Position numbers and translations under genes: made by a program. A stretch of 64,000 nucleotides of DNA, taken from assembly GCA_965153455.1 (NCBI GenBank), contig OZ234494.1, forward strand, positions 4,898,001 through 4,962,000. The letters are read 5' to 3'. Below, piece by piece: positions 1 to 10,167 of this stretch; position 1 is the first letter of the stretch; every line of letters starts with the position of its first letter. This DNA is from Sphagnum compactum. Its lineage: Eukaryota. The notes beneath the pieces were generated by a model, which was given only the letters and a program-made list of their open reading frames with translations, was not told where the DNA came from and ran no database searches.

Positions 1-1049
1 TAATTGTTAAATTTGGACTTTTCAAAAGGCTTCCGAAACTAAGTTTTATATACATGAAGAAACTCTAGACATTGGGTCTAAAGTAATGGTAGTAATATGC
101 ATACAAACATTGTAGCACACGCTCAATATTCGTGCAGACATTTTAGAAACATTTTGGACTTTGAAATTAGTGTTGTGGTTCATAAAATGCACATCAATCA
201 TGATTCAAGGTGTAATGTTCTCCTTTTTCAATTTACCCCCCAGACCTATTATGATGCCACGAAATGCATTCACCCCATTGTTAAGGGCAAGATTATATTG
301 TAGTAATTAAACCATATAAGCATAAAGAGTAAAAATTGTAATGTTTATTCAAAGACAAGTTGTATAGAGCAAATGAATCAGTAGTTACATGGTAGCATAT
401 ATTATCTTGTTGCATTGGAATTTAAATATATGTGGGAGTTTTTTTCTTCTCCAAGAGTGAGTCCAATGTGGGAGTGCAAAGACAAGAGAGAATAGAACAG
501 TAGCAGATAGAACCATGATCTTTTGTTTTTTTTTTTTTTTTGTATTTATTCCAATGTTTATTGTTCTTCCCTACATGTCATTATGAGAAGTAAAATTGTG
601 GCATAATTATGACACAATCATAACTATGCATATACTTGGGCTATGGGATATATTATGGATGAGGTATGGATTTCAATTATAGATTTTGCATGAATGGAAA
701 TCAACATGTATAAGAACAAAAATCACAATTGAACCAGTGGTAAAATATTAAGATTTACCAACCGTCAACCCTATAATTAATTTGGTTTAGTTTAGTTTCG
801 ACTAAAAAAATATGGTATAAATTACAACCCTACAACTCTCATCCCTCAAAATTTCAAAACTTTGGAATGACATAAATCTTACAAGACTTTTAAAATAAAA
901 AACTTGAAGACAAAAAAACTCAAACAACATATTGAAAACTTGAAATCAATAGGATATTATCCATGTTGTAGATTATTATAAAGTAGTTCATTTATTAAAT
1001 TTATCATTTCAAAATTTTATTGGAATTTCCTGATTTTTAAAAATTTCTA

Positions 1050-1255
1050 AGTTGTTCTGAAATATTCTTTCTCAATTGTTCTAAAACATAATTCATGTTA
1101 AATAACTCTGGAAGATTCCTTCCAAATTATTATGCAACGTTCATTTTATATTATTTTAGAATGTTCTTTCTAAATTATTCCAGGACATCCTTTCTGAATT
1201 AGTCTAAAATATTCCTTTTGTATTTAACTTGGAATATTTTTTCCAAATTATTCTT
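1050..1255. repeat. Degenerate ~24-bp minisatellite
   Basis: Recurrent units resembling aattattccagaatattctttcta, e.g. ttctgaaatattctttctcaattg, ttagaatgttctttctaaattattcc, ggacatcctttctgaattag. Confidence 0.6.
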
Positions 1256-3069
1256 TCAAAACATTTAGTTTATGAAAAAATAGCTAGAATATGGCGACAC
1301 CTAAAGAAGAACCATCGATTGAAATTTTGTCAACATTCGACATGACAATAATTATTTGGACTTTCAAAAAAAGAAATTTTCATGGGCACATTTCGAGAAA
1401 AAAAAACTTCAAATATGGCAAACAAATTTTTACAAATTTCAATAGGTTGCCAAATTAGAAATGTAGTAGGAGATATCTATCTAAACCCATATATTGAAAA
1501 TCACCACTTTAAAATATTAATACAAAAATGAAAATAACAAAACCCTGTCGTCGTTTGCAAATTCATAATTGCAAGGGGTGGAGACGAAGAGGTGGTGGCA
1601 AATGGTAATGCCCCCCTTTTAATTCCTTCAACTTTTTCCCCATCCTCCCCCTCACTCATATTCTTCTAGTCTATTTCACAACTTCTCTCCTCATACCTCT
1701 TCTTTCATCTCCAGACCTTTTCAACTTCAACAATTTGAATTAGGCTTTTGTGTTATAACTTCTCAAATCTCATCTCATTTTTTTCTTTTCACTTTCTAAC
1801 TACGTTCAATTCTTTTAGTAACTTATTTTTCTTTTTCTTCTTCTTCTTCCTGTGAAAAGATAAAACAAGCAGACAAGTTAGGCTAGGAAAGGGAGTGCTA
1901 AAAGAAGCAGCAAAACACAGTGAAACATTCGACGCAAAAAATTCTTGCAGATGTGGAGGCAGTGCAAAGAAACCATCTTATAGGTTTGAGTTTTCTTCAC
2001 CCTCTTGGAACTTGCAACTTCTTGGGTCTACGAACCTACAATTTCTCTTGCTTGCAGAGTTCTTGTTGTGGTTGAATTTTCTTCCTACAGAATTCCCCTC
2101 CGACGTGTTATTTAATTCACGTAGACTTTTCTTGCAAGTTGTAATATCCTTACCAGAGAACTTTCATTAGGTTTTTCATAGTTTGGAAAGTCGATTTCAA
2201 AAAAATCCTTCTTAGAAATGTTGAGAATCCATAGAATTCTACACCTCCAGTAGATTGCAATTAAATTTTCGCTTTTGCCATTATTTTAGTGGCCTTGTTT
2301 TTCATTTCTAGATCATTACATGTGCTTATATCATTCCGAAAGAACCCATAGGAGCGAGGCGAAATATTTTTGACCTAATACCAGTTAGAGTTCGACTTTG
2401 TCAATCTCTGTTTCTAGGTAAAGGTATAGTGGCTTAGGGTTTGATTTGATAACGAGTACTCCAATTAGGATAGTTGAGACTATCGGGAACCCTAAATCCT
2501 TGAATCGTAGATTGTATGACAATCAATCACCCGACCTTCTTAAATTTTTTTGACATCCTTGAGGAAATAATATTCAACTAGCATTGTGCTAAAGATGTTT
2601 GCTATTGTTTGGGGAACTATTGCAAAGTAGTTGAGCCGAGGACAGGACACCCTTCTTCCAATGGCAAAACCAAGGTATGTCCTTGATTCCCTGGTCCTAT
2701 GCAATTCAATTTTATCTCATAGGATAGGAGAAGAAGTAATAGTGCACAAGTACAACAAATAAGGATCATACTCTACCAGGACACTCCTTTTTCACTTCAT
2801 ACGGAATGTGAATCATTCAATAGAAATCTCTGCACAATGCAGAAGTAAAATCTCGTGTGGATATCAATTAGACATAAACCCCACGACTAGAACATTGAAT
2901 TGGATTTGAGCTTTATGCATTTTGGTCCAAGTTTTTACATTTCATTATAGGTTCATGAAGAAACGATTAAATGAACACATTAGGTATAACGATTTTTAAG
3001 GTTAATTAAATAATTTTTTCATTGAGTGTGATTGATTTTCGAAGATATCCACGTAAACCAAGATGAAAT

Positions 3070-3533
3070 GATATGGTGGTCGGCATAGTTCTATCTCCAT
3101 CCTTCACACAAGTGAAGATTTGGTGGCCACCAAATCATTAACAATGTAGGTCTTTGCGTCGATAATGATATGGTGGCCACTAGATTATTAGCAACGTAAT
3201 ACTTCGTGTTGGTAATGACCTGGTGGCCACTAGATCGCTATTAACCCAAGTACTCGTGTTGGTGATGATTTAGAAGCCACCAAATCACTAATAAAGTAGG
3301 TTTTTGTGTCAGTAGCAATTTGGTGGCCACCGGATCATTGAAGGGTTAGTATTCAAAGACCTAACTATCTGGTGGCCACCAAATCGGTTCAGGGTCAGTA
3401 TTTGAAGACCTAACAATCTGGTGGCAACCAAATCACTAACAACGAAAGCCAACACAATGGTAATGATATGGTGGCCACCAGATCGTTACAAACCCTAGTC
3501 CTCGAGGATGGAAAAGATCTGGTGGCCACCACA
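3070..3533. repeat. Tandem array of 10 units, ~50-bp period, with palindromic core GATCTGGTGGCCACCAGATC
   Basis: TGGTGGCCAC-like cores start at 3074, 3121, 3171, 3221, 3271, 3321, 3370, 3419, 3469 and 3520 (spacing 47-51). Confidence 0.9.
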
Positions 3534-3539
3534 TTTTCA

Positions 3540-3993
3540 TGTTTAAATTTTATGGCAATTACTACATGGTCTACATCCACATTTTTTTTCAATGCACTTA
3601 TTCCATTGGTTTTATAATATACTATTATACATGTTCTTAACTATATCCTTGAATTTGACAAATCAATAGGATTTTTGTAACACATGTAACATTTCATGAT
3701 TTGAGGAGTTTTCCCATCCATTTTTGTTTTATCATTGACATAATCAAATGACTAACACAAATCGTTTTTGTTATGGGGCCTCCATTTGTTCCTTTGAACA
3801 TGCAATTTGTCCAACACTTTTCTTATTTTTTCATTTTCAATTTGTGTTACTCCACTTCATTTTGTCTCTAGACTTGGAGTTTCTTCAAACTTTATTTTTT
3901 CTCTAGTATTTTCAATGTATGTTTCATTCGTGAAAATATCAAATGCTTTATTTTTTGGTTTATTTTCTATAGTTTTGTCTAAATTGTTCCATT
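3540..3993 (-). pseudogene. Degenerate N-terminus (BED zinc finger) of a hAT-like transposase
   Basis: Minus-strand manual translation with stops and a frameshift: NKWRPHNKNDLC*SFDYVND...PQIMKCYMCYKNP...IIVYYK/NGISALKKNVDVDH. This fits the BED pattern W-F...CxxC...NG(T/I)S-L--H----H. It ends abruptly at the palindromic array. Confidence 0.6.
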
Positions 3994-4599
3994 ATTCACA
4001 AAAGATTGTGCACCAAATAAAGTGCAAAAGACCCAAAAATGTAAAGTTACAAATTACAACAATGCAAAGCTCCACCAAACAAATAAAAAATACAAACAAT
4101 TGTAAAACGTAAGGAATAAAAAATTTACAAACAAGTTTTTTAAAATTAAACTTATTCACACTCATGGAAATATTATAAAAATAATTTACAATATCAAATC
4201 ATGCAAATAAATATATATATATGGGTAAAATATGTAAATAAAAAAAGAAAATATATATATTTAAAAAGAAGCACACAAAAAAGAAAAAGAATAGAAACAT
4301 TTTTTTAAAAAACAACACAAAAAATAGAAATGCAAACAAATTTTTTTCTTAAAAAAAAAAAAAAAACTAAACAAAATTAAAGAAGAGAAAAGAATGATGC
4401 CGTGTGTTAAAGCAATGTTGAGTGTTGAAGCTTAATGTTGAAGGCTTAGACTAAAGTGTAGATTCCACACTCTACACTCCACATTGAATAAAGCCAAAAT
4501 TGAGGTGGGAGGGGAGTACATGGAAGACAAATGCCAAAGACAACTAAGCAACAAAAAAAAGGAACAACAAGGTTTTTCATGTACCTAGAACGATAGAAA

Positions 4600-4970
4600 C
4601 CAAGGTCAACCAATGCCAAAGGACCATCAAATAGCAAGTGTTGAAAGACCACCAAGTAGTAACATCAAATGACCACTAAACAACAATGTTAAGAAAGCAC
4701 TAAACAATAATGTTAAAGGATCACTTAGTAATAAGTGCCAAGAGACCAATAAGGACAATGTGAATAACATCACCAAAAGATAACTAAACATCAAATGTTG
4801 AAACAACACAAAACAACAATGCCAAAAAAAATCGAATAGTAATGTTGAAAGATGATACAAATAACAATGTTTGAAGACACAAACAAAAACGGTAGAGGAT
4901 AACTAAGAAACAACACTACAAAACAACTTGAATAACGATGTTGGAAGACAATCAAGCAACAATGATGGGG
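4600..4970. repeat. Degenerate ~24-bp minisatellite
   Basis: Consecutive units caccaagtagtaacatcaaatgac / cactaaacaacaatgttaagaaag / cactaaacaataatgttaaaggat and others. Confidence 0.65.
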
Positions 4971-5409
4971 AAGAAGGAGCTAGATGAAAAAAGAACAAAA
5001 AAAAGGAACATGAAAAATAACTAAAAATATTCAAAACAAAGAGCTTTGAATGATGACAAAAACAACAAGTGAAGACCAAGGGGTGATTTTAAAAAAGAAT
5101 ATCAACGCTAGTATCCTTTGGTCTTTAAGATAAAAACTAGCTTGAAAATCTAATTGATTTTCACCCCAATTTTGAGAATCGTTTAACATTGGTTTAAACA
5201 TGATTAAAATCTCATGTTAATGAACTTAATGTAAATAAACTAGGGCTATTTTAGTGTGGACATAACTAAAGTTTCATATAAATCAACTCAATTAAAAAAA
5301 TTATGAAAAATTCAGATTTACTATAATAATGTGATATGAATAGTGAAATTATTCAGAATATGAATAATTATGATAACTATAATTAGCTTATGATAATTAT
5401 GATGATTTT

Positions 5410-5452
5410 CAACATATTATCTTTCAAAAATCATCATATTAAAAAATAGACC

Positions 5453-5483
<31 letters not shown>

Positions 5484-5555
5484 TAAGGGTCCAAATTCCC
5501 TTACTCTGCTATACCCTAATTCTGAAATATTCAGATTGGGGCTATTCGAGCCCCT
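5410..5555. mobile_element. Partial relative of the HINE-like repeat at 21388 and 35748
   Basis: Shares atctttcaaaaatc-tcatat-aaaaatagacctat...ttacct-gg-ccaaa-tccctta with those copies. Has an expanded (TTA)n and ends in the hairpin GGGGCT-attcg-AGCCCC. Confidence 0.55.
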
Positions 5556-5589
5556 TTTTTTTTCCCCAAAATTTTAATTAATTAACTCA

Positions 5590-5830
5590 ATTTTTGTGAT
5601 GTTGCTCAAAGTGGTGATCAAACATAAGGTGATTTAGCCAGATTTGGCGATAATAAAATATGGAAGTAAATAGAACTAGTAAGCGCTTTATATTTTTGGC
5701 TATTAACTGGAACTTAGGATAGACTCTGGAGATTAATTAAGATTTTTTTTTTTTCCCCCCGAAATTTGGCTACTAGAAAACTCAAAGTTTCGCCGTTTGG
5801 GCGAAATTTCGCCCGAAACGAAAACGCTGG
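5590..5830 (+). mobile_element. Short dispersed repeat (MITE-like family, copy 1)
   Basis: Core tggtgatc...gatttagccagatttggc...atatttttggcta is shared with 18341-18666 and (inverted) 56650-56930. Confidence 0.55.
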
Positions 5831-6689
5831 TCGGGGTCGGAGGAAGCGTTTAGTCGCGTGTGTTTGGGGGAGTCAGGAATTTCGCATCACGAGCCGAGCG
5901 CACACCATTCCAGTTGCAGCAGCGAAGAGAGTGTCACGCAAGGAATTGCGCGCGGCGTTTTGAGCGTGTTGTTGGAGTCGGGAGCTATATTTCTCAGCAG
6001 CAGTAGAAGCTCAGATGTGCGCGGATATAAGAACAGATCGATATTCTTCTGAAGGCATTCTTTCTCAGTAGAAGAGGGAGCAAGAGAGCCGGAGAGAAGA
6101 GATACAGAGAGAATGTGTTTTGTGACAGAGTGGGGAGCTGAAGAACATACCTGCCACTTGGTAGATAAAAGTCATAGTATCGAGTTCAATTAATCAAGAT
6201 CTGCCAAATGGCAAGTGCGAATTGGCTGACTCTGAATATATTTAATCAAAAAATGTCAAAATTCGCATCCATGTCAACTTATTGACTAAAATAAATCAAT
6301 GGTGCCGAATGGCAAATGTGAGTCAAATATATGTTGATTACAATTAGTCAATACATGCCAATCTTTAGGAGGCATTTTAACCATCACTATTGAATACACA
6401 ACCATTGCAAGATATTGAAGAAGACATTTTATATGCTCCAATGAGAATGAAAATTTGGGGAAAAATTCCTCCCTATATAGTCCCTATGAGCCTCTATGTG
6501 TAGAGGCTAAATTATTCCCTCCTACATAATCTACACCTAAATCCACACTTGGGGCTGATCTTTTACTTATCCACCTTACTTACACTCTAACACAAACTCC
6601 AAAAAATATTTTTCAATTACACGTTCATCTTTAACATGCTTATTAATTACGACCTTTAAAATTTTACTTTAAAGCCCACCTTTAAAACT

Positions 6690-7050
6690 TTAAAACTAGA
6701 CCCTATAAACCCAAAATGATAATACTAAAAGCTAAACCATAAAATCATTAATCCTAAACCCTATAAACCTAAACCCTACTTCCTAAAACTTAAACCCTAA
6801 AACACCAAACCTTTAAACCCAAAAACTCAAAACCGATAGCCTATAGTCTGAAACCATAACCTATAGCCTCTATATAGTTATAGCCGATAAAAACCTCTAG
6901 CTTATATAACCCCAATAGCCCTTATATGATACCTATATTAATTTTTAGCCTATATAACCCATAGAGCCCATTAGCTTGTATATAGCCCCCATAGCCCCAT
7001 AGCTATAGCCTCAAGCCTATAACTTTATAACCCTACAAGTTAAAAACCCT
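6690..7050. repeat. Degenerate interstitial telomere-like heptamer array (CCCTAAA grading into AGCCTAT)
   Basis: aaaccctataaacctaaaccctac...aaaccctaaaa, then tagcctatag / aacctatagcc / agccccatag units. Confidence 0.6.
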
Positions 7051-8151
7051 ATGTAGCATAGACTAAAGGTGGGCAGCCCGTAATTGAAAAAACATTTGTT
7101 CTTTGTACCCCTTTTGAGGATGCCATGTTAAGTTTTTGAATCTATCCCTTATTTTTTTATTTTGGAGACTCCACGAATAACATGCAAATACACGTGAAGA
7201 GACAACCAAGGTGTAAAAATGGGGCCCAACAAAGGATTCGCTTTCTGGAAAACTGTATTCAATTTCTTCTATTCACTCTATTTCATCTTGAGATTTCATG
7301 ACTTTTTGTGAATGGATTGACTTCCACCCCACCAGGACGGCTTCAAATCCACATCATTCACAAAAATGGATTAAAAAAACATGAAATTTGAAGGCCAAAC
7401 ACTTCAATTTGTTTTCAATATGTTCAAAAGTCTCAGAATTTGCTCTCAAATTTGAAGTCCAAACATATCAATGTGGACTTTGCAATTTGTCAAAGTGAAG
7501 TTGGCAAATAGGAAAAGTGAACTCGATAAAATACCAGCAAATTTGGTATTCCATATAGGAGCGGAGAGATCAATGAACAGCTAAATGGAACAGCAATCCA
7601 AGGGGTCAACTGGTCTGAATTCTCCAACAATCCGAGCAGATTCATGAAGATCCTTCTCTCCTTTTTTGAAAACTAGAAATAGCCTGTTTATTCAAAAGAA
7701 ATGGGCTGAACATTGGCCACAGGGTGAATATCCTTTTTTGTTTCAAACAATTGTGCCAAAAGGCACAACAAACTTTTACTCCATGAGATCCAAAAGTGGG
7801 CTTGCGAACAGAATTTTGTAGAGATTTGGGTTGCAAATCGGTCACAAGCTGACTCCTCTCCACTTCAAAGTTGGAACTTTCTTACTCCAGCAAAAGAGTT
7901 CCACAAATTTAGTCCCATCACTTTCCCTTTTGACTGGCTCCTCTATCTGGCCTTTTTCATACATAGACACTCATGTGATTTTGACCCCTAAGCCCCAGAC
8001 ATTCCCACTCTGGGAGAGGAGCTAAAGGCCTCTCCCCTTGGCCCTGATGACACTATTCCATCAATGAATATTACGTGGTAACATTATTCCTGGATACTTG
8101 AACCAAAGCTGTATTGTGAATTCAAAGCTGTATCATTCACCTCCAGAAGAA

Positions 8152-10167
8152 TTACAGATTCCTTGTCAATGCTACCACATTAGTTTTCTGTTTCTTGGCA
8201 TCCCTCCCTTTGACATATATTTTCTTCTTGCAGATTTTCTCCTTGTTACAAATTGCCCGGTGTTGCCTCATGGATTGCACCTGCACAGCTGCAATGTCAA
8301 GACCACTCTTGACACACAAGGCAGTATTATTCTGCAAAGACATATGAATGGGTGATCCTATTCATTGCAGAATTGAAACTTGGCAAGTTTGGTAAGAGCA
8401 CACAACATGCAACAACATCATCTTCATGGGTCAGGACTCAACTGTTTCATCATATTGTGCAACCCTAACAACTACATAGACCTGTCTATGAGCACGCCCT
8501 ACAACAATACAACCTGTTGAACATAAATCTCACAATCCTATGAATTAACTACAAAACCTTTTCTGCAAAGCAAGAAACCACAAAGCATGTAATAGACAAA
8601 TTACAAAACTCAATTCACCTCAGAATCCGTTGAGCCCACCAAAACTTGCAACATCTTTCTGCAGCACCACCATCTGAGTGATGAAGGAAGGATGCACACA
8701 AGGCCCAATGTTTTGCACCACTACCTGAGACAGAAGAAACAAGCCAGATGGTAAACTTCTACACATTATTATCTTGCCCTGAAGTCCCAAAACAGAAAGG
8801 GGACAAGCAACATTGTGGGGAAGCTACATGGGGAAACAAATGGACAAATCCTTCATGCCTTCTGAATCAGAAACATAACCAAATCATGGTAGATGAAGTA
8901 CATGAACTGCAGACACTAACTACGCACAATTTCATTTATTCTGTTAAATCCTAAGATTCCAGCCAGTGATGAAAAAACTGCCCCGAACAAGGTCCTACCT
9001 GACTGCTTAACACTTTTGAAAAGACTGTCAGGGATTTACAAAAAACTCCTCCAATCATCCAGCTCAAAAACAGGCAAAACCTGACAGCATGTGCAAAATA
9101 TCTTGACATCTTATAAGGAGTCTATCCTCAAGTGCCACCAACAGACTTGATTTCCTGCTGATTTGATTCCCTACTATTGCAACCTGCAGAGAAAGAGTTG
9201 CACACTAGCTCTTAGTACCTTCAAAGATAGTGGTTGTGTTTGAGACCTGTGAGGTTCCACAAAACTTCTCCTTTCTATAGCCACACAGTGGCAGATGAAC
9301 TCTATACAAACAGCAGAAGCATGAACCTGCTGAACATGAAGCTAAGAGAGTGCAATGTACATTGTTGAATAATGAAAGCCACACTAGCATGTATAACAGA
9401 TACAGTTTGGTTAGTACCCAAGTTTCCCTCTTGCCAACCCCACAGAGAGAGTCTTTGATTACCTCTCCTTGCAGGCTGAGATGCTTTGTAGCACAGGACT
9501 ACCAACTTCTCTTTTTCAATAGAAAAAGTTGAACAAACCTAAATGCAGCAGGCAATTTCTCCACTCAATACATTCACACTCACATCATTATCCAAGTGGA
9601 TGATCCTCAGGGTAAGTAGCAAAGAGAAGGAGACCCACTGACCTCCAGTATATTGATCATCAATGTGCTCCCCATCATGGACACAATGCCCTGAAGCCTA
9701 TTACATGAAGACAAACTGATGCAGGAAAAAGAGGTACACTGGCTAGCAATGCTTGAGACTGGGGATGACACCATAATGATTTCACTTGACCACATTGTTT
9801 GCTTTCAGTTCTCAGGCTGTTTTTGTCCATATTTCACCTTTGGCAATTGCACAGCAATTCCTTCCTGCCTTCTTGCCTCCTTGAATTGTTGTCTCTTACG
9901 TTATAGCACCTGCTCAGCTTACTTCTCCTCCCCACTCTCTAACATATTCATTGGGTCCTTACCAAGGAACTGTCCCCCTCTGGATTCTTCAATTTTAGAT
10001 GCCGATGCTGCAAATCTATGCCCTCTTCTGACCACCATTCAAGTAGAGCTCTCAGCAACTGCCAGATCATCAGTACAGATTGTCCCCCTCAACTCAGATA
10101 TGCTGAGCTCCCTGGAGACAACTGCTTTCTGGGTTGTGAGTAATTCACAACATCTGTGTCAGGTCAG
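8152..10167 (-). other. Probable 3' UTR or decayed terminal exons of the coiled-coil gene
   Basis: Exon-like blocks with canonical splice sites on the minus strand: 10207-9643, 9183-8999, 8724-8619, and an acceptor at 8331. The frame continuing from the CDS carries 6 stops in the first block. Confidence 0.45.

Larger units (their letters stand above)
735..5191. mobile_element. Putative degenerate hAT-type DNA transposon containing nested repeats
   Basis: Left end CAGTGGTAAA (735) and right end TTTAACATTG (to 5191; reverse complement CAATGTTAAA) resemble short TIRs. The 8-bp flanks aattgaac / gtttaaac match 5/8, possibly an old TSD. A BED-finger transposase relic and minisatellites lie inside. 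Boundaries are tentative. Confidence 0.4.

Noticed and set aside
2300-2800. Ulp1-protease-like relic (…YVLDSL…)
   Set aside because: Only one short motif; catalytic His and Cys context could not be reconstructed.
3070-3533. True CRISPR array
   Set aside because: Linkers are related to each other, the repeats are degenerate, there are no cas genes and the context is eukaryotic. Kept as a palindromic array instead.
1376-3541. 9-bp TSD ATTTTCATG (1376-1384 and 3533-3541) delimiting a Mutator-like insertion
   Set aside because: No TIRs at the implied ends, and the left flank does not continue the interrupted BED reading frame. An AT-rich 9-mer can recur by chance.
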